From: Thermoproteota archaeon | GTDB taxonomy: Archaea > Korarchaeota > Korarchaeia > Korarchaeales > Korarchaeaceae | Reading direction: 5' to 3' | DNA: 64,000 bases | NCBI GenBank assembly: GCA_027492205.1 | Contig: JAOZFN010000006.1 | Span: 71,369-135,368, forward strand | Part shown: positions 35,362 to 43,468 of the stretch, piece by piece | How positions within the stretch are numbered: position 1 is the stretch's first letter | Layout of the letters: every line of letters starts with the position of its first letter | Made by a program: the position numbers and the translations under genes | Notes under the pieces: generated by a model | Told to the model about the DNA's origin: nothing | Database searches by the model: none | What the model saw: only the letters and a program-made list of their open reading frames with translations

Positions 35362-35751
35362 GTGTGGGGGCTGGTTGAGTCCGTTGAGAGTTACGTGGTA
35401 GAGGTGGTAATGCCGTCAGGGACGGCTGATATCGAGATAAAGCGTCACTTATCCCCACTGACAGCCGAGAGGCTCTACAGGAATCTCCCCAAGAGGGCTC
35501 TGGTCGTCAGAGACGGCCCAAAGGTCTACCTCTTCGTTGAGATGACTTCAAAGCTGGAGAAGGGTAGGCGCGAGCTCCGCCGTGGGGAGGTCGCCTTCGT
35601 TCCCTCCAAGGAGGCCCTGCTCATCGCGCTGAAGAGGATGAGGCTCCCTGCACCCGTCCTGCTTCTGGGAAAGGTCGTCTCTGGCCTAGAAGCCTTTGAG
35701 TCAGCTGCCACGGGTCAGACCGCTCAGGTTAGGAGGAAGGAGGAGCCTTGA
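35362..35751 (+). CDS. Cyclophilin-like fold protein (DUF369/TM1367-like); start uncertain
   Basis: HLSPLT...LP, EK....GEVAF.P, PV.LLGKV..G. Confidence 0.6.
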   Translation: MWGLVESVESYVVEVVMPSGTADIEIKRHLSPLTAERLYRNLPKRALVVRDGPKVYLFVEMTSKLEKGRRELRRGEVAFVPSKEALLIALKRMRLPAPVLLLGKVVSGLEAFESAATGQTAQVRRKEEP

Positions 35752-36440
35752 TCCGGGGAACTGAGGCAATAGGCTGGGTGCTGAGGGAGCGTAACTCCTT
35801 CTACATCAGGCTGCCGTCCTGCATCCTGCTCAATCTGGAGTCCCGCCTGATCCTGCTAGACCCGGGATCGCAGCTGTCGGGGGAGGAGATAGGGGCGATA
35901 GAGAGGTTAGACGTCATAGCGGTGACTCAGGACCGAAGCTATCACTACAGCAGAGACCTCGTCGTGAGGCTCGCCAGGCAGACGGACGCGGCCGTGGTGA
36001 CGAATAAGGCGGTGTTCAAGGACCTGAGGAGGCTCGTTCCCGATGAGAATATCGCGCGGCTGAGGCCGGGAGATTCCGTAGACCTGGACGGACTCAGAAT
36101 CCACGCCCTCAGGGCGGTTCACCCTGGGCTGAACCCGCTTGTGTTTCTGATAGAGACCGACGGGGCCGCTGCGTTCCACGGGTCGGGGACCGCCTACTCA
36201 ACGGCGTTCCGGGCCTTCGCTCCCGTGGACATCGCATTCGTCCCGGTTGGAGGGACCTCCCCGACCGCCAGCGTCAACGACGCGATAAGGATAGCGAGAA
36301 TCCTCAGCGCCTCCACGGCAGTCCCAATAAACGGGAGCGAGGACGAACTGGCGAAGTTCGCCGAGAGGGCCAAGAAGGCCCTTCCCTCCGTCAACGTGAT
36401 AGTTCCGGAGGACGGGGCCGCCTACAGAATTCCCCTATAG
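35748..36440 (+). CDS. Metallo-beta-lactamase-fold protein with degenerate metal site
   Basis: ILLDP, then TQDRSYH in place of THxHxDH, HGSGT in place of HxGD, DIAFVPVGG, PIN in place of PxH. Confidence 0.65.
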   Translation: MIRGTEAIGWVLRERNSFYIRLPSCILLNLESRLILLDPGSQLSGEEIGAIERLDVIAVTQDRSYHYSRDLVVRLARQTDAAVVTNKAVFKDLRRLVPDENIARLRPGDSVDLDGLRIHALRAVHPGLNPLVFLIETDGAAAFHGSGTAYSTAFRAFAPVDIAFVPVGGTSPTASVNDAIRIARILSASTAVPINGSEDELAKFAERAKKALPSVNVIVPEDGAAYRIPL

Positions 36441-37415
36441 GCGCCCCGCGACGGAGTCCCATCCCCCTTCCCTCAGGGGGACGGCCTCGCCTTCCAGCTC
36501 GAGGTAGACCCCCTCCCCCGCCTCGACCCTCCCTATCTCAATCAGCTCGTACCCCCTGGAGCGAAGTCGCTGCCTCGCCGTTCTGAACTCGGCCGGGTCG
36601 ACGGACACGGCCAGGTGGAACTCCTCCCCACCGTAGAATACGGCGTCCACTGGGTCGACCCCCTCCGACGACATGAAGTCCTCCAGCTCCGGGTCCACGG
36701 GTAGTTCGACGACCACGATCCTGACGCCGCTCGCCTTGGCGATCGAGTACAGGGTCTTGAACAGGCCGTCGCTGCTGTCGGCCGAGGCCCTGACGCCCTC
36801 AAGAGACCCCAAGATCTTGCCCTGCTCGATCGAGGCCCGCGGCTCGTAGACGGCCGCCAGCGCCCTCTCTCTAATCCGATCTGGGGCGTCTATTTGGCCG
36901 AGGGCGATCCTGTACCCGAGCCAGGTCCACCCAAATGTTCCGGTGACCGCGATCACGTCGCCCGGCCTCGCCCCCCCTCTGGGCACCACTCGGCCCGCGG
37001 ACCTGCCCACGCCGACGCCCGTCAGGACAAGCTCGCCGGAGGAGTCAACGTCCCCTCCCATGAGCTGGGCATCCACCTCCTCCAGTCCCCACTCAATTCC
37101 CCGCGCCACCTCGTCAAGTTCAGCCCTCCCGAAGGAGCTGGGGATACACATAGACAGGAAGAAGTGCTGGGGCGTGGCACCCTTGGCGGCCACGTCGGAG
37201 AAGGTCTGGACGACGACCTTCCTCGCGAGTCTGCGCAGCCCCATGCCCGGGAGAAGGTCGGCGCTCTCGGTCACTGTGTCGATGTTCACCACGTAGGTTC
37301 CCTCAAGTCGGAGGGCCGTGGCGTCGTCCACGCCAATGGGGAGGAGGCCCCCTCTCTCGGCCCGGCTGATTGAAGCCAGCCTGGAGATAACCTCGACCTC
37401 GCTGAGTCCCCTCAC
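36435..37415 (-). CDS. thiL: Thiamine-monophosphate kinase
   Basis: GVDDA, NIDT, SDVAAKGA, GGD, DSSDGL, GGEEF, GW. GTG start after GGTGA. Confidence 0.88.
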   Translation of the reverse strand: MRGLSEVEVISRLASISRAERGGLLPIGVDDATALRLEGTYVVNIDTVTESADLLPGMGLRRLARKVVVQTFSDVAAKGATPQHFFLSMCIPSSFGRAELDEVARGIEWGLEEVDAQLMGGDVDSSGELVLTGVGVGRSAGRVVPRGGARPGDVIAVTGTFGWTWLGYRIALGQIDAPDRIRERALAAVYEPRASIEQGKILGSLEGVRASADSSDGLFKTLYSIAKASGVRIVVVELPVDPELEDFMSSEGVDPVDAVFYGGEEFHLAVSVDPAEFRTARQRLRSRGYELIEIGRVEAGEGVYLELEGEAVPLREGGWDSVAGRL

Positions 37416-37485
37416 GAACTCACCGTGCTCGGCAGCAGCTAAAGATTTTGAGCACTTTGGCGGGCCGCCGCTCCGGTGTCCTGCC

Positions 37486-38823
37486 ATGGGTGAGCGGGTT
37501 CGGCGGGTCGTGATCATGGGAGCCGCCGGCAGGGACTTCCACAACTTCAACGTCTTCTTCAGGGACAACCCAGATTACAGGGTTGTCGCCTTCACAGCCG
37601 CACAGCTCCCCGACATCTGGGGTAGGAAGTATCCCCCCGAGCTGGCCGGCAGCCTCTACCCCGACGGGATCCCGATCCTGAGGGAGGAGGACCTCCCAGA
37701 GATAATCAGGAGGGAGAAGGTCGATCTCGTTGTGTTCGCCTACAGCGACGTCTCCCACCAGTACCTGATGGAGAGGGCGGCCATCGCCCAGGCGGCCGGG
37801 GCCGACTTCATGCTCCTGGGACCCGAGAGCACCATGCTGAAGTCAAACAAGCCCGTCATAGCGGTTACGGCCGTCAGGACCGGCGCCGGCAAGAGCCCCA
37901 CCAGCAGGAGGGTCGCCGCCATCCTGAAGGAGAGGGGGCTGAGGGTAGCGGTGATAAGGCACCCAATGCCATACGGCGACCTGAGGAAGCAGATAGTTCA
38001 GAGGTTCGCCTCCCTGGAGGATCTCGACAGGCACGAGTGCACCGTCGAGGAGAGGGAAGACTACGAGCCCCACATCAAGATGGGCAATGTGGTGTTCGCG
38101 GGAGTCGACTACGAGAAGATCCTGAGGGAGGCCGAGAAGGAGGCCGACGTGATACTGTGGGACGGTGGCAACAATGACTTCCCGTTCTACGTGCCAGACC
38201 TCTGGATCACGGTCGCCGATCCACTCAGGGCCGGTCACGAACTCACCTACTGGCCGGGCTCCGTCAACGTCAGGGCGGCCGACGTGGTCATAATCAGCAA
38301 GGAGAACGTGGCCAGCGCCGACCAGATCGAGTGCGTGAGGGGCAACGTGATGAGGGTCAACCCGGGGGCCACCATAATAGAGGCCGCCATGCCCCTGACG
38401 GTCGACGCCCCCGAGCTCATCGAGGGCAAGAGGGTGCTGGTGGTCGAGGACGGCCCCACGGTCACCCACGGGGAGATGGGCTACGGCGCGGGCTACATGG
38501 CCGCCAGGAGGTTCGGCGCCGCCGAGATCGTTGACCCTAGGCCCTACGCCGTCGGATCGATAAGGGAGACCTACCAGAAGTACACCCACCTTGGGCCAGT
38601 CCTCCCAGCGGTGGGCTACAGCGACCGCCAGATGAGGGAGCTCGAGGAGACAATCAACAACGCCGACGCCGACACGGTCATCTTGGGGACGCCCACAGAC
38701 CTCAGCAGGTACCTGCGGATAGACAAGCCCGCGGTGCACGTGAGGTACGAGCTTCAGGAGATCGGCAGGCCGAACTTGGAGGACGTTATAGACGAGTTCC
38801 TCTCGAAGGTCGGCCTGAGGTGA
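37486..38823 (+). CDS. arcE: COG2403 P-loop protein, probable arginine synthetase ArcE (often labelled GTPase or cDPG synthase-like)
   Basis: GAAGRDFHNFN, AYSD, VRTGAGKS, RHPMPYG, EERE.YEPH, WDGGNND, EDGPTVTHG motifs match my recollection of the Thermococcus ArcE family. Confidence 0.72.
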   Translation: MGERVRRVVIMGAAGRDFHNFNVFFRDNPDYRVVAFTAAQLPDIWGRKYPPELAGSLYPDGIPILREEDLPEIIRREKVDLVVFAYSDVSHQYLMERAAIAQAAGADFMLLGPESTMLKSNKPVIAVTAVRTGAGKSPTSRRVAAILKERGLRVAVIRHPMPYGDLRKQIVQRFASLEDLDRHECTVEEREDYEPHIKMGNVVFAGVDYEKILREAEKEADVILWDGGNNDFPFYVPDLWITVADPLRAGHELTYWPGSVNVRAADVVIISKENVASADQIECVRGNVMRVNPGATIIEAAMPLTVDAPELIEGKRVLVVEDGPTVTHGEMGYGAGYMAARRFGAAEIVDPRPYAVGSIRETYQKYTHLGPVLPAVGYSDRQMRELEETINNADADTVILGTPTDLSRYLRIDKPAVHVRYELQEIGRPNLEDVIDEFLSKVGLR

Positions 38824-39602
38824 GTCGGTTGGGGAGCGAGAGGGAGCTGCGGATCTGGCGCCTGCCCTGGCCGGAGTTCGCGAACCTCCTAGGCGACACG
38901 GACTTGGTCATACTGCCGGTGGGGGTCGTCGAGGCCCACGGCCCCCACCTTCCACTGGGCACAGACTTCATGCTGCCCGAGAGGCTGGCGCAAGACCTGG
39001 CGCCCAGGCTCAACGCGGCCGTGGCGCCCGCGATTCCCTACGGCGTGGTGGGCTCCCTCTCGGCCTACCCCGGCACTATGGGAATATCCCAGTCGACGCT
39101 CGAGTCGCTCCTGTTTGAGGTCCTCAGGGCCCTCGCGGAGAACGGCTTTGACCGCGTCATTCTGATCAACGGGCACGGCGGGTCGGAGCACGTGGCAGCC
39201 ATCAAGTCCGCCACGAGGCGCGCGTGGAGGGAGCTGGGAGTCAGGACGGTCGTCGTCCACTGGTGGATCTACGCCGAGACCCTGGCCAGGGAGTCCATAG
39301 GCGGGGGCCACGCGGCGGGAGTTGAGGCCGCGGCGGTGATGGCCGCCTATCCCGAGCTCGTGAAGGCCGGCAAGCCGGCCGCCAGAGAGGTGTACAGGGT
39401 CCGCGAGGGCATTGAGCCCTTCCCCGCGCCCGGCTCAGTCCTCCTCTACGGGGACCAGCCTGCTGACGTCCCAAGTGAAGAGGTCTCTCGGGAGTTCTAC
39501 TCTAAGCTCTTGGATAGCCTCGCAGCCGAGCTCGAGAGGGTCTTAGACGGCTGGGACTATCAGGAGATACCGATTGGTGAGGGGGTTGAGGAAGAGGGCT
39601 AA
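38820..39602 (+). CDS. Creatininase-family amidohydrolase
   Basis: EAHGPHLPLGTD, INGHGG, GHA..E motifs. Confidence 0.85.
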   Translation: MSRLGSERELRIWRLPWPEFANLLGDTDLVILPVGVVEAHGPHLPLGTDFMLPERLAQDLAPRLNAAVAPAIPYGVVGSLSAYPGTMGISQSTLESLLFEVLRALAENGFDRVILINGHGGSEHVAAIKSATRRAWRELGVRTVVVHWWIYAETLARESIGGGHAAGVEAAAVMAAYPELVKAGKPAAREVYRVREGIEPFPAPGSVLLYGDQPADVPSEEVSREFYSKLLDSLAAELERVLDGWDYQEIPIGEGVEEEG

Positions 39603-40974
39603 GATCATCGCCACGCTGGGCCCCTCCTCGGCCAGTGGGGAGACCGTCGCAGCCATGATGAGGGCGGGAGCTGACGCCTTCAGGATAAACTTCTCGCACG
39701 GGAGCGAGGAAGACTGGAAGAATTACGCTAGGGCTGTTAGGAGCGCCGAGCGAAGGCTGGGGCGCTGGGTAGCCCTGATAGGGGATCTGACTGGTCCTTC
39801 GGTCAGGCTTGGCGACCTGATCAAGCCAATCTACGTGAAGAGAGGCGAAGTAGTCGAGCTGAGGATGGCGCGCGAGTCCGACGGAGAATACGTGCCCGTC
39901 CCCCTGGAAGAGTTCTTCGACGGCGTGGAGGAGGGGGATGAGCTGCTCGTCGACGAGGGGAGGGTGAGACTGAGGGTCTTGGAGGTGGGAGTCGATCGCG
40001 TGAAGGCTCAGGCGGTCGTCGACGGCGTCATCAAGTCCAGGAAGAGCCTGGCAATATTCGGCAAGGAGCTCGGCATACCCACCTTCACGGAGCGAGACGC
40101 CCGCTGCGCGAGGATCGCGATCGAACAAGGCTTTGACTACGTGGCCATGAGCTTCGTCCGCTCCGGCGCCGACGTGAGGCTCCTCAGAGACTTCCTGTCG
40201 ACTGAGGGCGGCGAGGAAGTGAAGGTGATCTCCAAGATAGAGACCAAGGCCGGTGTTGAGAGACTTGAGGAGATAGCGGCCGAGTCCGACGCCATAATGG
40301 TAGCGAGAGGGGACCTGGGCAACTTCTTTCCCCTAGAGGAGATCCCCCGCCTCCAGAGGGAGATCATAGACACTTCGCTGGACCTCGGGAGGCCCGTCAT
40401 CATAGCCACGCAGCTGCTGGAGAGCCTGATGTACAGCCCAGTCCCAACCAGGAGCGAGGTGGTCGACGTCATGGTGGCCGTCAGGGAGGGGGTGGACGCA
40501 CTCATGCTTGCGGGGGAGACCGCGGCGGGCAGGTATCCAGTCGAGGCCGTCAGGTGGATGAGGCGGATAATAGAGCGGACGGAGTTCGAACAGCGGCCCA
40601 TGCAGCAGGGTTTTGGAACCGCGGAGGGCTTATACGACAGATTTGCGAGGGGGATAGCGCTCTTGGCCGAGAGCCTCGGCGCCAAGATAGCGGTCTACAC
40701 AAGAAGTGGGCGGACTGCCGCGAGGATCTCCCGGTACAGGCCACCGACCGACATCCATGCTGGCTCGAGCAGCGAGCGCGTCGCGAGACAGCTCTCAGTC
40801 CTCTGGGGAGTCTCTCCCATCGTGCTCGGTCGATTAAAGAGCCGGGAGGAAGCTCTAGAGGCGCTGATCACCAAACTGAGGGAGGAGAGGGCGGTCTCCT
40901 TCGGTGACATTGTCGTGTTGGCTTACGGTATAAGAGAGGGGGCCACGGAAGCCGTCAGGATAGTTCAGGTGTGA
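39586..40974 (+). CDS. pyk: Pyruvate kinase
   Basis: KIIATLGP, RINFSHG, KIE, MVARGDLG, ATQ, PTRSEV.D, GETAAGRYP. Confidence 0.95.
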   Translation: MRKRAKIIATLGPSSASGETVAAMMRAGADAFRINFSHGSEEDWKNYARAVRSAERRLGRWVALIGDLTGPSVRLGDLIKPIYVKRGEVVELRMARESDGEYVPVPLEEFFDGVEEGDELLVDEGRVRLRVLEVGVDRVKAQAVVDGVIKSRKSLAIFGKELGIPTFTERDARCARIAIEQGFDYVAMSFVRSGADVRLLRDFLSTEGGEEVKVISKIETKAGVERLEEIAAESDAIMVARGDLGNFFPLEEIPRLQREIIDTSLDLGRPVIIATQLLESLMYSPVPTRSEVVDVMVAVREGVDALMLAGETAAGRYPVEAVRWMRRIIERTEFEQRPMQQGFGTAEGLYDRFARGIALLAESLGAKIAVYTRSGRTAARISRYRPPTDIHAGSSSERVARQLSVLWGVSPIVLGRLKSREEALEALITKLREERAVSFGDIVVLAYGIREGATEAVRIVQV

Positions 40975-41498
40975 TCTGGCTATTCTAGCCTTGGAGAATA
41001 GTTCTTGAAATGTCCACACAGAGAGGCATCCCGTGCGATAGAGGCGCTTCCTCCGAGATAACTTTGTTAGAGTTCCATAGATAGGTAAATTTTCTTCAAA
41101 CATATCCAAGGGGACCCGTCCGATCGAGGGGCCAGATTCACGCCTCGGACCTCTTAGTCGATTAACGTAAGACACCGAAATTAGGTGTGACCATCCAGCT
41201 CACCCGCATGGGTCGACCGCGCATCGAATAGTGATCTGGGCCGCCCCCGAGCCGCCAAGACAAGGGTTGAAAGACTCAATTAGTTAACGGCCGATTAGTG
41301 CTTTTTTGACCTTTAAATCCCCGCCTATTACGGGTATTAATCTAGCCAGAATTCACTTATACAATATCGCAATGTGTTCGGCCGAGAGCGCCTCCCACTC
41401 GTGGATCCAATTTCGATGTGAAGACCGTGGGCTCAACGACTCTCGCCTAATTTTGCAATCAACGAACAAGTCCCTCTGTGGAGGTTTGATGCGAAGAG

Positions 41499-41509
41499 CT
41501 TAAATATAG
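41499..41509 (+). promoter_or_regulatory. Putative TATA box of histone gene
   Basis: CTTAAATATAG preceded by a purine-rich BRE-like stretch, about 75 bp upstream of the start. Confidence 0.45.
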
Positions 41510-41580
41510 AAGGTCTTCTTACTAATCAGGCCCCGCGACGCCGGGGTCAAGGTGTAACAGGATATAGGGGGTGTATGTGT

Positions 41581-41811
41581 ATGCCTCAGAGGTCTGCCAA
41601 GCACCTGCCCCTGGCTCCGGTCTACCGGATAATCAAGGAGGCCGGCGCCGAGAGGGTGAGCGACGCCGCCAAGGAGAGGCTCGCCTACTACCTCGAGAAG
41701 TTCGGGTCCGAGGTCGCCAAGTACGCGGCCGACCTCGCCCGGCACGCCAAGAGGAAGACCGTTACCGACAGAGACATCGAGCTGGCTGTGGAGGCCGTTT
41801 GGAAGAAGTGA
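41581..41811 (+). CDS. Archaeal histone (HMf-like)
   Basis: LPLAPVYRIIKEAGAERVS...ARHAKRKTV...DIELA. Confidence 0.96.
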   Translation: MPQRSAKHLPLAPVYRIIKEAGAERVSDAAKERLAYYLEKFGSEVAKYAADLARHAKRKTVTDRDIELAVEAVWKK

Positions 41812-41849
41812 GCCGGCCTCCAACCCTTCTCCCTTTTTTGATAGTGAAT

Positions 41850-42272
41850 TCAGCTTTTTGTCGCCTGAACGCTCGTTGGGGGGTAGGATCCGAGCATTTC
41901 CTCTAGGAGGCTTATGATCTTCTCGGCCGAGCGAATGGCCGCCTCAGAGTCCAGCCTCGTACACGAACCCTCCTCTGGACCCGAGATCGGCCTCTCGAGC
42001 CTGGCATCGCAGGCCATGGTAATCCACACGGACTCCCCGCACGCCTCCTTAAGTATCCTCTGAAGGCTCTCCTTGTAGTCGGCGGGTATTCTGCTCAGGT
42101 GGTCGGACAGCGCTCCGGTGGGCTCGATGCCCAGGCTCTCCAAGAATCCCCTCAGCGCGACCTTAACAGACTCCTGGGACTTCCTTATGGACGAGGCGCA
42201 CTTGTCCTCTGAGTGGAGTTTCTTCGCCTCTTCTAGTATCTCCCTGGCCTCTTCTAACTTCACGCGGCTCAC
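41850..42272 (-). CDS. HEPN-like all-helical domain protein; start uncertain
   Basis: 'LEEAREILEEA...SQESVKVALRG.L...G' and 'DSEAAIRSAEKII' match the HEPN helical pattern. Confidence 0.55.
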   Translation of the reverse strand: MSRVKLEEAREILEEAKKLHSEDKCASSIRKSQESVKVALRGFLESLGIEPTGALSDHLSRIPADYKESLQRILKEACGESVWITMACDARLERPISGPEEGSCTRLDSEAAIRSAEKIISLLEEMLGSYPPTSVQATKS

Positions 42273-42336
42273 CCCGATGCGCCTGACGATAGTTTTCGTA
42301 ATAAGCTCTCCACCCACCCCCGCCACGGAGTTCAAT

Positions 42337-43386
42337 ATGCTCAAGTTCCCACCCGTCCCCCGGCGGCGCCCCCGGCCCTGTGGACTCACCATCCACCCAT
42401 CCCTGGGGTGCAACGTCGGGTGCGCCTACTGCTACCTGTGGGAAATGGGGCTGATCGTCCCGTCGCCTCAAGTGAATCCCCTCCCTCCCGGGCGACTCAT
42501 TCTCGAACTGAGAAGGAACCCGTACTTCGTAGAATCTCGAGGGGGGACCTTTTTGGCCCTTGGAAGTCTGGGGGAACCGTTCCTCACTCCCAAAATTGCC
42601 CAGAGGACGCTCGAATACCTGAGCGCGCTGAAGGCGCTGGGCAACCCCCTTCAAGTCTCGACAAAGCTGAAGCTCCCGCTGGACGACCGCCTGGCGGGCG
42701 TGAACGTCTTGGTGACCGTGGTCGCCTGGGAATCGTACAGGTCCTTGGAGCCGGCGGCTCCGCCCCCGTGGGACAGGCTGAACTCAGCGGCCGAGGCCGC
42801 CGAAGTCGGCGCCGTTCCCACGCTGTTCGTGAGGCCCATAATTCCCGGTGTCACCCTGAGCGAGCTGCCGGACGTCTTGGACTACGCCAGGAAGAGCGGC
42901 ATAGAGAGCGTAGTGTTTGGATCGCTCAGGGTGTCTCCCCAGATCCTTAAGAGGCTCAAAAAGGCCGGAGTCGACGTCTCAGAGATTGAGCGGCGTGTGA
43001 GGGCTCCCCTCCACGACGGAGAGCAGGTCTACGTCTCATCGGCCGACCTCAAGGCGTGCGCCATGGAGGAGGCCCGGAGGAGGGGGATGATCGCGCTGGG
43101 CTCAGCCTGCTGCGCCAGCGCCCTGGCTCATGGAGTACCGTGCTTCGATGCGAAGTGGCTCCACCACATGTGCACAGGCTGTCCCAACGACTGCCTCTCC
43201 AAGCTCCCCCGTGAGTCTGAGGTCCTGAGCCTGCTCGAGGAGTGGGGGCTGGAGGGCCGGGTTGAGGAGGACAGGGTGATACTCTCCCCGGACTCTTGGA
43301 GCAGGCTGAGGGGGCCGGACAGGCACAGGCTCGAGGTCCTCACGAGGAGAATGGTGGTGAGAGGTGGCGGGCCCGGCGGGACTTGA
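42337..43386 (+). CDS. Radical SAM protein (SPL/COG1533-like) with C-terminal Cys cluster
   Basis: RPRPCG.TIH, CNVGCAYCY, GS.GEP, STK, RPIIPG, C-terminal CC...C...CxxCxxxC. Confidence 0.8.
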   Translation: MLKFPPVPRRRPRPCGLTIHPSLGCNVGCAYCYLWEMGLIVPSPQVNPLPPGRLILELRRNPYFVESRGGTFLALGSLGEPFLTPKIAQRTLEYLSALKALGNPLQVSTKLKLPLDDRLAGVNVLVTVVAWESYRSLEPAAPPPWDRLNSAAEAAEVGAVPTLFVRPIIPGVTLSELPDVLDYARKSGIESVVFGSLRVSPQILKRLKKAGVDVSEIERRVRAPLHDGEQVYVSSADLKACAMEEARRRGMIALGSACCASALAHGVPCFDAKWLHHMCTGCPNDCLSKLPRESEVLSLLEEWGLEGRVEEDRVILSPDSWSRLRGPDRHRLEVLTRRMVVRGGGPGGT

Positions 43387-43443
43387 ACCCGCGACCACCG
43401 GCTCCGAAGGCCGGCGCTCTGATCCTTGCTGAGCTACGGGCCC
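43365..43443 (-). tRNA. tRNA-Arg(TCG), CCA encoded, no intron
   Basis: Reverse complement folds as a cloverleaf: GGGCCCG/CGGGCCC acceptor, CCGGC-CTTCGGA-GCCGG anticodon arm, GGTTCAAGTCC T arm. Confidence 0.96.
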
Positions 43444-43468
43444 ACTTCATCAGGGGGGTGCCCAGTAT

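Noticed and set aside
41071-41090. GTTCCATAGATAGG as an ORB element
   Set aside because: Only a partial match to the ORB consensus, no G-string, single copy, and no cdc6/orc1 nearby.
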